The notes under the pieces: model-generated
Database searches by the model: none
Told to the model about the DNA's origin: nothing
The model's input: only the letters and a program-made list of their open reading frames with translations
Assembly (NCBI RefSeq): GCF_032444005.1
Contig: NC_091286.1
Span: forward strand, 545,724,001 to 545,788,000
Source of the DNA: Ranitomeya imitator
Lineage: Eukaryota
Length of the DNA: 64,000 nt
Direction of reading: 5' to 3'
Position numbers and translations under genes: made by a program
In this document: positions 1 through 11,859 of the stretch, piece after piece
Layout: the number at the start of each line of letters is the position of its first letter
Position numbering within the stretch: position 1 is the stretch's first letter

Positions 1-127
1 GAAGGACACGGAGCTGCGCCTGCAACCTATGCGGTAGCCTTCTAAGAAAGGACAAGAAAGGAAGTGTGCCGTAGTGAGTGAGCACAGAAGTCATAGCAAC
101 CAGAGTAAAACACCAGTGGGAGACCAG

Positions 128-1433
128 GAAACCTGGAAATTATAGGCCAGTAAGTCTAACCTCTATTGTTGGTAAAATATTTGAAGGGTTTCTGAGGGAT
201 GTTATTCTGGATTATCTCAATGAGAATAACTGTTTAACTCCATATCAGCATGGGTTTATGAGAAATCGCTCCTGTCAAACCAATCTAATCAGTTTTTATG
301 AAGAGGTAAGCTATAGACTGGACCACGGTGAGTCATTGGACGTGGTATATCTCGATTTTTCCAAAGCGTTTGATACCGTGCCGCACAAGAGGTTGGTACA
401 CAAAATGAGAATGCTTGGTCTGGGGGAAAATGTGTGTAAATGGGTTAGTAACTGGCTTAGTGATAGAAAGCAGAGGGTGGTTATAAATGGTATAGTCTCT
501 AACTGGGTCGCTGTGACCAGTGGGGTACCGCAGGGGTCAGTATTGGGACCTGTTCTCTTCAACATATTCATTAATGATCTGGTAGAAGGTTTACACAGTA
601 AAATATCGATATTTGCAGATGATACAAAACTATGTAAAGCAGTTAATACAAGAGAAGATAGTATTCTGCTACAGATGGATCTGGATAAGTTGGAAACTTG
701 GGCTGAAAGGTGGCAGATGAGGTTTAACAATGATAAATGTAAGGTTATACACATGGGAAGAGGGAATCAATATCACCATTACACACTGAACGGGAAACCA
801 CTGGGTAAATCTGACAGGGAGAAGGACTTGGGGATCCTAGTTAATGATAAACTTACCTGGAGCAGCCAGTGCCAGGCAGCAGCTGCCAAGGCAAACAGGA
901 TCATGGGGTGCATTAAAAGAGGTCTGGATACACATGATGAGAGCATTATACTGCCTCTGTACAAATCCCTAGTTAGACCGCACATGGAGTACTGTGTCCA
1001 GTTTTGGGCACCGGTGCTCAGGAAGGATATAATGGAACTAGAGAGAGTACAAAGGAGGGCAACAAAATTAATAAAGGGGATGGGAGAACTACAATACCCA
1101 GATAGATTAGCGAAATTAGGATTATTTAGTCTAGAAAAAAGACGACTGAGGGGCGATCTAATAACCATGTATAAGTATATAAGGGGACAATACAAATATC
1201 TCGCTGAGGATCTGTTTATACCAAGGAAGGTGACGGGCACAAGGGGGCATTCTTTGCGTCTGGAGGAGAGAAGGTTTTTCCACCAACATAGAAGAGGATT
1301 CTTTACTGTTAGGGCAGTGAGAATCTGGAATTGCTTGCCTGAGGAGGTGGTGATGGCGAACTCAGTCGAGGGGTTCAAGAGAGGCCTGGATGTCTTCCTG
1401 GAGCAGAACAATATTGTATCATACAATTATTAG
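128..1433 (+). pseudogene. CR1 ORF2 reverse transcriptase fragment (endonuclease missing, frame open to TAG at 1431-1433)
   Basis: ORF 78..1433 of the track; homology starts near KPGNYRPVSL and the upstream codons belong to the host LTR-like sequence. Confidence 0.9.
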
Positions 1434-1551
1434 GTTCTGTAGAAGGACGTAGATCTGGGGATTTATTATGATGGAATATAGGCTGAACTGGATGGACAAA
1501 TGTCTTTTTTCGGCCTTACTAACTATGTTACTATGTTACTATGTTACTATG
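128..1551 (+). mobile_element. 5'-truncated CR1-type LINE (RT region, 3' UTR and (CTATGTTA)n tail)
   Basis: RT motifs NYRPVSLTS, YLDFSKAFD, GVPQGSVLGP and FADD; C-terminal LFSLEKRRLRGDLI typical of CR1/L2; octamer tail at 1521-1551. Confidence 0.93.
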
Positions 1552-2321
1552 AGTAGGCTGCCTCCCACTGAGCGCAGATCCAGTAGCCGGAACACCGAGG
1601 GAGTAATAGACTCTATGCTTTACTTCATAGACCAGCAGGACAGTCGATTCCAAGTTGGCTGCCCGACCTAAGAACCTAAGCAGACAAGGTGGCAACGCGG
1701 AGGAGGGGCGACGCTAGGGTCCCTATAAAATAGCCTCAGGCCACCACCGTCATACGGGTTTGTCCTATCCATCTGGGGGACAGAGAAGAGTAACAAGAGT
1801 GAGGACCCTATGGGAGCTAATGCACGTAGGGACCTACTACGTTACTGTGCGCAAGGGGAAGGCTACTGATTTCCACCTGGATAGGGGGACTCTGGAATTG
1901 CCATCAGACCGGCCGGACTCTGCCTACCCTGTCATCCGGCACCCTGGACTGTGGATGCTGAAGCCCTCAGTAAAGGTAAAGAGACTGCACCCATTGTGTC
2001 CTCGTTATTCACCGCGCCTTGCACCATCCACCATCACCATCTACACTTCTGGGAAGCCATGGGGATATACTTCACCTGTGGGAAGGTATACCATCTAGCT
2101 GCCATTCCATCACCCCAGCGGACCCCTAAGCAGTGTCAGTCACCCTGACCGAATATCACAGGTGGCATCACGAACACTACCGTTATCTACAAACTCTAGC
2201 CCCTTTTATTGGGCGCCCCTCATAGGGCCACGGTCCGGGTTAGGCCACCGTGACATCCCAGCAATGGGAACTGAAGCACCCGGTACCGAGTACCCCATTG
2301 CCCTTACGTGGGGGCGATCCA

Positions 2322-4080
2322 TATGCACAGTATGATGTCCTCATAGCTCCTCTATTTACAGTATGATGCCCCCATAGCTCCTCTATACACAGTATGATGG
2401 CCCTCCACAGCTCCTTTATATACAGTATGATGCCCCCACAGCTCCTTATATACAGTATGATGACCCACAGCTCTTTATATACAGTATGATGTCTCCATAG
2501 CTCCTCTATGCACAGTATGATGTCCCCACTGCTCCTTATATACAGTATGATGGCCTCGCAGCTCCTTAAATACTGTATGATAGCCCACAGCTCCCTTCCC
2601 ACAGTATGATGTCCCCATAGCTCCTCTATGCACAGTATGATGTCCCCACAGCTCCTTATATACAGTATGATGTCCCCATAGCTCCTCTAAAAAAGCAAAC
2701 TTTTATTGACACATCAATAAAAACAATTAAAACGGTATCATACCGACATCCCCACGTACACCCGCCAAAGCAATACAATACAAGCAAGTGAAGGCGCCAA
2801 TAATCACAAATGCTGAATAGCAATGAATAACACAGCATACTAATCAATGTCCCGTCAGGCACAACATATGTATAGCTGAACCAAGATGGTGTGAAGAGTA
2901 TAGTTAGCACCCCCACAGAATAAACACAAATACTGCCAACTGAGAGACAAGGATAAACCCATATAGGTCAATGTGGCGTATAGAAACGAGGAGGCGCCTA
3001 GGCGACTGGGTCCAGACACAGTGGTGGTAGAAGAACTGGACAGTGTGAAAACAATAAATGTGCATCCGCAGCAATGCCCATGTATCAAAATATAACTACC
3101 ACCTAGAAGGAGAGTGTATCCAGGTCCCAGGTCCGGCCAGACAGAACAGCTATACATATGTTGTGCCTGATGGGACATTGATTAGTATGCTGTGTTATTC
3201 ATTGCTATTCAGCATTTGTGATTATTGGCGCCTTCACTTGCTTGTATTGTATTGCTTTGGCGGGTGTACGTGGGGATGTCGGTATGATACCGTTTTAATT
3301 GTTTTTATTGATGTGTCAATAAAAGTTTGCCTTTTTATTTATCTTCATTCTGTGGTGTGCAATTATATGAAGTGGTTTCCTTTTTTTTCTTTATTTTTTC
3401 TTCGTGGTTCCATACCGCTTCTTTTGCACCCCGTATGATGACCCACAGCTCCTTATATACAGTATGATGTCCCCATAGCTCCTCTATGCACAGTATGATG
3501 TCCCCACAGCTCCTTATATACAGTATGATGCCCTCACAGCTCCTTAAATACTGTATGATAGCCCACAGCTCCCTTCCCACAGTATGATGTCCCCATAGCT
3601 CCTCTATGCACGGTATGATGTCATCACAGCTCCTTATATACAGTATGATGTCCCCATAGCTCCTCTATGCACAGTATGATGTCCCCACAGCTCCTTATAT
3701 ACAGTATGATGCCCTCACAGCTCCTTAAATACTGTATGATAGCCCACAGCTCCCTTCCCACAGTATGATGTCCCCATAGCTCCTCTATGCACGGTATGAT
3801 GTCATCACAGCTCCTTATATACAGTATGATGTCCCCATAGCTCCTCTATACACAGTATGATGGCCCTCCACAGCTCCTTTATATACAGTATGATGCCCCC
3901 ACAGCTCCTTATATACAGTATGATCACCCACAGCTCCTTATATACAGTATGATGTCCCCGTAGCTCCTCTATGCACAGTATGATGTCCCCACAGCTCCTT
4001 ATATACAGTATGATGCCCTCACAGCTCCTTATATACTGTATGATAGCCCACAGCTCCATTCACACAGTATGATGTCCAGG
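2322..4080. repeat. 30-32-bp minisatellite (ACAGTATGATGTCCCCAYAGCTCCT[CT]TATAT-like), interrupted at 2689-3432
   Basis: Dozens of visible tandem units; a related unit recurs at ~49960-50310. Confidence 0.92.
2689..3432. mobile_element. Insertion with ~190-bp inverted arms (2689-2878 and 3147-3336); possibly a Penelope-like fragment with an inverted end
   Basis: The same peptide appears on opposite strands in ORFs 2656..2916(-) and 3058..3438(+); the arms differ at about 2 positions; spacer 268 bp. The Penelope assignment is inference. Confidence 0.6.
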
Positions 4081-5162
4081 ACAGCACTCCTCTCACAGTC
4101 CCCATAATGTGAAAACCATAAAGGTTACTCTCACCTGATCCTGATTCCCTGTCCACAGCAGCCTGGATCTCTTCTTGTCAAGTGTATAAACAGTGGGCGG
4201 CACAGGCGATGCCGTGCATGTAGTGATGTCACCTTAATGGTGTGTTACAGCGTGCCAACTACACTATTGAAGTTCTCTTATAAGGATTTATTAGGGTTTT
4301 GTGTTTTTATGAAAATAAATTTTCATCACTATATGTTGAAAAATTCAACAACTTTCTTTTATCCTGTGCATCTAAAATTGCTCATGATTTCTCAGATTTG
4401 TGTTTGATGTCAGTGGATAAGAACATTCTCCTTTACATTCAGCAGCTAATAATCGCATGCAAACAGTTCTGCTCCCAGGTAAGAAATGGAGACACTATAT
4501 CCAGTATAGGCAATGGTCTGCAAGCTAAGCAGCCTAGACTGAGACATTAGCAAAGATTTCACATATTTCTTCTGCTGACCTATATAGCATATCTTAAAAT
4601 GTATTTACATAATTGTCATTACTCACATTTCCTGCTCTACAACACTATTAAAGCTGATGCAAACAAACACATTAATGATTAAGGTTATATGAATATGCAA
4701 TATAGAAAACACTGAAAGCACATCCCAATAAAGAACAGCAGCACCACAATGAACGACAACAAAAAAGGCAATTTATTCATTGTGTGCAACATTTCAACAC
4801 AAGAAGTTCTTTGCAGGCTTAAAAAAGTTCTCTTTGGGGTTAAAACATCTTACATGGTGGAAAAACAACACTATTTTCGGATTTCAATTGGATAACTACA
4901 CTAGTTCCTTTTTGAAATACATTCTTGAGTTCCGATACCAGGGCATTAAATACAGTCATCTTATATTTCTATCTACTATCCACTATATGCACAATCTCTC
5001 TTCTGTATAGACGCTTTTATACAGGGGTGCACATAGGAATCATGGAGTCTCAGAGAGAGAATTCATCTTGTACAAAAAAAAAATTACAAAATTTGGTGCA
5101 GTAGGAGGGGTCACGCCATGTAGGCGCTGTCCCAAAATGATATATGTGCCTACCAACATTGA

Positions 5163-5529
5163 GGCTATGTGCACACGTTCAGGAATGTCTGCAGAATTTT
5201 CCTGAGCAAAACCGGACTCCCAGCGCAGGAAATCCGCTCACGCTTTTCTCACATTTTTTGCGCTTTTTTTGCGTTTTTTCCCGGACCTCCCGAATGCAAT
5301 AATATAGCGGCAAAACCACGAAAATCCGCAAAATTAATGAACATGCTGCGCTTTTTTCCGTGATGTGTTTTTTTCTAAAAAAAAAAAAACGCAGCATGTG
5401 CACAAAAATTGCGGAATGCATTAAAAATTATGTATGCTTAATGTAAGTGTTTTTAAGCATTTTTGCAGCGGAAAACTGCTGGAAAAATGCGGAAAAAACG
5501 CAAAAAATCCTGAACGTGTGCACATAGCC
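5163..5529. mobile_element. Harbinger/Tourist-type MITE
   Basis: TIR GGCTATGTGCACACGTTCAGGA at both ends; flanks TGA and TTA; non-coding. Confidence 0.85.
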
Positions 5530-5634
5530 TTAAGCACAGGAAGAGGGACATACAGTATATGGCTGCATGTACATATAAATAGGTCCTCTCTCCTCCTGTA
5601 CCAGTTGTGACTTGTATTGTTCAAGATTATTGTA

Positions 5635-5685
5635 CTTGTTTAGCGCCATGGAATAAATGGCGCTATAATAATAAATAATAATAAT
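5635..5685 (+). repeat. SINE/LINE-type 3' tail (AGCGCCA...TGGCGCT hairpin plus AAT-rich tail)
   Basis: Short hairpin followed by (AAT)n; a reverse-oriented relative lies at ~18557-18600. Confidence 0.35.
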
Positions 5686-6567
5686 GTGTTATGCACTATT
5701 ATAGGGCAATATAGTGTTAGTATTCAGTATATATCATATATTCCCCAGGTAGTACCCAGGATCGTAGGGTTATTTGTGAGGCTAAGTGTTCGCAGGGGCT
5801 ACACTCTGCACGTTTTTATCGCAGCAGAGATTGTTTTCTTAGTCAAAACAGTATCCTAAAAGTACAGTTATATGAAAAAGTTTGGGCACCCCTATTAATC
5901 TTAAGCTTAATGTTTTATAAAAATTGTTTTTTTTTTGCAACAGCTATTTCAGTTTCATATATCTAATAACTGTTGGACACAGTAATGTTTCTGCCTTGAA
6001 ATGAGGTTTATTGTACTAACAGAAAATGTGCAATCTGCATTCAAACAAAATTTGACAGGTGCATAAGTATGGGCACCCCACCAGAAAAGTGACATTAATA
6101 TTTAGCAGATCCTCCTTTTGCAAAAGTAACAGCCTCTAGTCGCTTCCTGTAGCTTTTAATGAGTTCCTGGATCCTGGATGAAGGTATTTTTGACCATTCC
6201 TCTTTACAAAACAATTCCAGTTCAGTTAAGTTTGATGGTCGCCGAGCATGGACAGCCCTCTTCAAATGATCCCACAGATGTTCAATGTTCCTCTGCATGA
6301 TTGCCTGAGAAGATTTGGAGCGGTGTTTTGGATCATTGTCTTGCTGAAAGATCCATCCCCTGCGTAACTTCAACTTTGTCACTGATTCATGAACATTATT
6401 GTCAAGAATCTGCTGATACTGAGAGGAATCCATGCATCCCTCAACTTTAACAAGATTCCCGGTGCCGGCATTGGCCACACAGCCCCAATGCATGATGGAA
6501 CCTTCACCAAATTTTACTGTGGGTAGCAAGTGTTTTTCTTGGAATGCTGTGTTTTTTGGTCACCATG

Positions 6568-7544
6568 TGTTAGGGCTAGCGGAACGCACCAAATAATAAG
6601 ACTGATAGTGTACGGTGCGTTCGTAGCCCGGGGTCCACCGTGCAGAGATGGAACCTGCTGCTGAGTAATGACGGACTATATGGCGGTACTCATAAGTATA
6701 CTCGCGTGGGTTAAACTTCACCCAACGTGAAGGAAGCGATCCTGTTGCGTCACAGGATCGCGGTACCGCACATAGAAGGCGAGCAAGCAGTCAGCGAACT
6801 TAACCCCAACTAGGATTGAAGTCCGATTAGACCACTTGCTGACACAACACCGCAACAGGGTGTGTTAGGCAACTCTTATAATTAGAGCACCGAAGTGCGA
6901 ACTGTGCCGTGCTGGCAGGCACCACTAAGCACCCAGACGTGGGTCAGGAAGCGCACTACTGGCACGTGGCGCCGCACTGGCGGTCACAGCAACAGACGCT
7001 GATACGTGTGTGACACGTTGAGTGATTTGTCGGGCGCTAGATAGCAGCCATACTCCATACGCGAACAGTCATACAATAGGGTAGGGGTATTTAATGAACG
7101 ACTTGCACTCACAACAAACACACGTATTCAATTGTACACTAGCGCATGGCCGTGCGGTCATGCGCAGTTTATATAGTTGCAGCACAGGAAGTGGCCACAG
7201 AAACTTTGCCCTTCCAAGACCTGCCAAGAGGTCCAATGGAATGTGCTGCAGAGCCTGAGCACATGACCCTCGATCTCCAACGGGAGATCTTGCCCTGGGC
7301 ATGCTCAGTGTGCGCAAACAAGGACTTAGTCCCAGGAAGGTCCGCTCGCCGCTGACCAGCACTGACTTCAATGGCAGGAGCTGAAGAAGCAGCAGTAACT
7401 CTCTGTACAGAGTGAGAGCGAGCAAGACACTGGGAGCGACGTCCCCGCTGAGCAGACTCCACTGCGGCCGGAGGAGAATGGGAGACCGCAACGGAGACGG
7501 ATCGAGATTCCCCCTGTGCAGCAGATGAAACTCGACTCCTAACA
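6568..7544 (-). repeat. Gypsy 3' LTR
   Basis: TG...CA termini; about 6 substitutions relative to the 5' LTR found by eye. Confidence 0.95.
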
Positions 7545-7562
7545 TTACCCCCACTCCTAGGG
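7545..7562 (-). promoter_or_regulatory. Polypurine tract
   Basis: Minus strand reads ...AGGAGTGGGGGTAA directly before the 3' LTR. Confidence 0.75.
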
Positions 7563-10339
7563 CCCCCCCCCTCCTTGGGCCTCGCTACGCTCGAAGGCAG
7601 CAATGAGCTGTGGGGCCCGAATGTTTTCAGCAGGCTCCCAAGACCTGTCCTCTGGACCATAACCCTTCCAATCCACCAAATAAAACTTTTTGCCGCGTAC
7701 CACCTTGCACGCCAAAATAGCGTTCACCTCGTAATCGTCCGTAGACAAACCCGATGTCCCAGCAGATGACTCGGAAAACCGGGACATGTATACGGGTTTC
7801 AAGAGGGACACATGAAAGGTGTCGGTGATACCCAAGCGTGGAGGAAGAGCCAGGCGGTAGACCACAGGATTAACCTGTTCGAGAACCTTGAAGGGACCCA
7901 AGTAGCGAGGAGCAAACTTAGTGGACTCAACTCTCAGCCTGATGTTACGGGCGGAGAGCCACACCAAGTCGCCAGGGGCAAAAGTCGGAGCGGGGCGCCG
8001 ATGAACATCGGCGGAGGACCTCATTCTCTCCTTGGAGGCCCGAATGGCATCCTGCGTGCGATCCCAAATGTCCCGTGCCTCCACAGCCCAGTCTGCCACC
8101 CTGGGATCAGCGGAAGACACAGGCATGGGCACAGGAACACGCGGATGCTGGCCATAATTTAAGAGGAATGGAGTCTGACCGGTGGAGTCGGCTACGGCAT
8201 TGTTAAGTGCAAACTCTGCCCACGGTAGCAAGGATGCCCAGTCATCCTGTCTGGCAGAAACAAAATGTCACAGATATGTGACCAAGGTCTGGTTGGCCCT
8301 TTCTACCAACCCATTCGTCTCGGGATGATATGCCGAAGAGAGATTTAACTCAATACTGAGTAGACGACATAGCTCCCTCCAGAATCGAGACGCAAACTGG
8401 GGACCCCGGTCACTAACAATTTTGTCTGGCATATCGTGTAAGCGAAAGATATGCTTGATAAACAAGACAGCCAACGCCCGTGCAGATGGTAGCCGTGGAA
8501 GAGGCACCAAATGCACCATTTTGGAAAAATGATCGGTGATCACCCAGATAATGGTGCAATTACGAGACTTGGGTAAGCCAACCACAAAGTCCTTCCCGAC
8601 CATCTCCCAGGGCCTGTCAGCCACGGGCAGAGGATAAAGCAAACCAGCTGGCCGTTGCCGAGGAGTCTTGTTCCTGGCGCAAGAGACACACACCCGAACG
8701 TACTCCGCGACATAACGAGCCATATGCGGCCACTAGTATGTCCTCGCCAGTAACTCTGATGTCCTTTTAGTACCAAAATGTCCACCCACCCTGGACGAGT
8801 GCGCCCAAGAGAGAACCTCCGGTCGCAAACTAGATGGAACAAAAGTCTTGCCCGGGGGCACAGACTCCAGCGAAACCGGGGCCACGGTTCTCAAACCCTC
8901 GGTGGGGACAATAAGCCGAGGCTCCTCCTCCTCCTCCGCAGATGACACAACGGAGCGAGAGAGAGCGTCGGCCCGAATGTTCTTCTCCCCAGAAAGGAAA
9001 TGGAGGGTGAAATGAAACCGGGAGAAGAACAAGGACCATCTGGCCTGGCGAGAATTCAACCGCTGAGCTGTCTGCTGATACACCAAATTTTTGTGATCTG
9101 TGAAGACTTGGAAGGGAAAACGTGCTCCCTCCAAGAGATGTCTCCACTCCGAGAAAGCCAACTTCATGGCTAGCAACTCCCTGTCCCTGATGGAATAATT
9201 CCTCTCTGCTGGTGCGAAGGTCTTGGAGAAAAAGAAGCAAGGATGCTTCCGACCTTTGAGCATCCTTTTGGAAGAGGACTGCTCCAGCACCAACAGAAGA
9301 GGCATCCACCTCCATGATAAATGGCTTATCAACATCGGGGCGATGAAGAATGGGAGTGCTAGCGAAGTGTGACTTTATAGAGATAAAGGCCTTGGAGACC
9401 TCCTCAGACCACAATTTGGGATTCGCCCCCTTCTTGGTGAGGGCAACCAAGGGAGCTACCAAAGTTGAGAAATGCGGGATGAACTGGCGATAATAATTGA
9501 TGAACCCCATAAAGCGCTGCACCGCTTTAAGAGAATGGGGTTCCTGCCAGTCCATCACAGCCTGTAGTTTGGCAGGATCCATAGCCAATCCCTGGGCTGA
9601 GATGATGTAGCCTAGGAAAGGTAAGGACTCCTGCTCAAAAATACACTTCTCCAACTTGGCATAGAGGGAGTTTGCCCGTAGGAGGTCGAAGACTTTGCAA
9701 ACATCTCTCCGGTGGGAGTCAATATCTGGAGAGTAGATGAGAATATCATCCAGATAGACTACGACCGAGGTGGAAAGCATATCCCGGAAGATATCGTTCA
9801 CAAAGTCTTGGAAAACGGCTGGGGCATTACAGAGCCCAAAGGGCATCACCAGATATTCATAGTGCCCATCCCTGGTGTTAAAAGCCGTCTTCCAATCGTT
9901 CCCCTCACGGATGCGAATCAGGTTGTAAGCACCCCGCAGATCTAATTTAGTAAATACCCTTGCTCCCCGAAGCCTATCGAACAGTTCAGATATCAAAGGC
10001 AAAGGGTATTTATCAGGGCTGCCACTAGGAATTTCAGGGCCCCATACTGGCAAAATTTTCAGGGCCCCTTAAGACTCCGCCCAGGCTCCACCCCAGCCCC
10101 GCCTCCACCCCTCGAACTGTCAACAGCCCCACCGCTGTCTCTTGCCAAAACTCCACTTCTCACAAATCACACATTAACAGTTCCCATTACCAGATCAAAC
10201 ACATAGCCAGCAGCTTTTGTTTTGGCCAAAAGGTTTTTTTAAATTTGAGACGACAACAAGGTAGACTCTTTTGGCCGAGCCCTACTCTACTCTAATCTAT
10301 TAAACATTTGTTAAAATATGCAATACAATTTAGGTGTAT

Positions 10340-10720
10340 TTTTATTTATTTTTCAATTGACCAATAATACCACATACAAGGGACAAATACCACAACACCA
10401 TGACCAGACACCATATTATCACCACATAGTGACCTATAATACTATCTACAAGGAACAAATACCGCCACACCATGTGCAGACCACATATTACCACCACAGT
10501 GACTGAACAATATCACATACAAGGGACAAATACCACCGCAGCATGTCCAGACCACATATTACCATCACATGGTGACCAACTACATACAAGGAACAAATAC
10601 CAACACAACATGAACAGACCACATATTACCACCACACAGTGACCGAATAATAGCACATACAAGGAACAAATACCGCTACACCATGGCCGGACAACATATT
10701 ACCACCACATTGTGACTGAA
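10340..10720. repeat. Irregular ~67-81-bp tandem repeat inside the hAT
   Basis: Recurring ACCACATATTACCA and ACATACAAGGRACAAATACC blocks. Confidence 0.75.
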
Positions 10721-10769
10721 TAGTACAATACTGATCATTAATAAAAAAAAAAATACTATCACCATAAAT

Positions 10770-11200
10770 GCCATTATACACAGGAGATCTGTACTTAGTA
10801 TGCAGTGTGTGTACAGGTAATACAGTGGTCGCCGATGCCATTATACACAGGAGCTCTTCATATAGTGTCAGTGTACATGTAATACAGCGATCACTAGTGA
10901 CATTATACACAAGAGCTCTGTATATAGTGTATAGTGTACATGTAATACAGCGATCACTAGTGACATTATACACAGGAGCTCTGTATATAGTGTATAGTGT
11001 ACAGATAATATAGTGATCACTAGTGACATTATACACAGGAGCTCTGTATATAGGGTACAGTGTACATGTAATACAGCAATCACTAGTGACATTATACAAA
11101 GGAGCTCTGTATATAGTGTATAGTGTACAGATAGTATAGTGATCACCAGTGACATTATACACAGGAGCACTGTATACAGTATACAGTGTATGGTGTCAGT
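10770..11200. repeat. 63-bp minisatellite
   Basis: TCACTAGTGACATTATAC recurs at 10891, 10954 and 11017. Confidence 0.85.
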
Positions 11201-11859
11201 GTACAGGTAACATACTCACCAGTGACGTCTCTAGCTAAAGTCCTTCATCTTTGCGTTTCTTTTTAATCCAGCGCAGACCGCTATCACTTCTTTCTGCCAG
11301 GACTCGTCTCATCTGCATAAAATAACACAGTTATCTAGAGCACCGCTTCCAGAGCACATTCCCCATTTTTTCCCTTTCTTCTACACTACACATCTGACTA
11401 CAGACGTTCACCCACCATTAATATATAATTGGTTATTATGCAACCCACCATTCCAAATATAAATTATAATCCGCCACTGTGCCCCCACTATCTGTATATA
11501 GCCACTTTCCTCATTTAATATATAAATTAATTAGCACCTGTATTCTTCCAATTTATTACCAGTTACTTTATCCTCAACGAACCCACTATGTACCTCCCGC
11601 TCTAACCCTTACCCCAATTCATTATAGTTACATGCCCCTTCTGCCTCAATTCATTGCCACGTCTTCTCTCTCTCCCACCCTCTATTCATTATCAATTGAT
11701 CTTCCCCACCCTCAAAATTCATTATTTGCTCTCCTCACCTTCAATACATCATTTGCTCTTCCCACCCCCAAGTTCAATTCAATTGCTGTCCACGTCCCTC
11801 ACACTCACTTCATGTGCAGTCCCCATCACCCCCACTTCATCATTTAGTCCCCTATCATC

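Larger units (their letters stand above)
1..2321. mobile_element. LTR-like element (starts before the window) interrupted by a CR1 LINE at ~128-1551
   Basis: TATA-like CCCTATAAAA near 1721 and an end GGGGCGATCCA at 2321. The segments on either side of the LINE carry complementary 9-mers (CAGTGGGAG 114-122, CTCCCACTG 1562-1570), suggesting they were once contiguous. Family assignment is uncertain. Confidence 0.45.

Noticed and set aside
78-127. N-terminal extension of the CR1 RT ORF
   Set aside because: The ORF starts at a GTG in flanking LTR-like sequence upstream of the 5' truncation point.
2936-2996. Hammerhead core in the foldback spacer (CTGAGAG...GAAAC)
   Set aside because: Does not fit CUGANGA or the U3-A8 variant, and no convincing stems were found.
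2656-3438. Duplicated hydrophobic peptide ORFs on opposite strands
   Set aside because: Artefact of the 190-bp inverted repeat.
4299-5010. Possible additional host exons
   Set aside because: One plus-strand donor (CAG|GTAAGA near 4478) but no recognisable protein similarity or partner exons.
7069-7660. ORFs overlapping the Gypsy LTRs (also 16498-17167)
   Set aside because: They duplicate with the LTR and show no recognisable domain.
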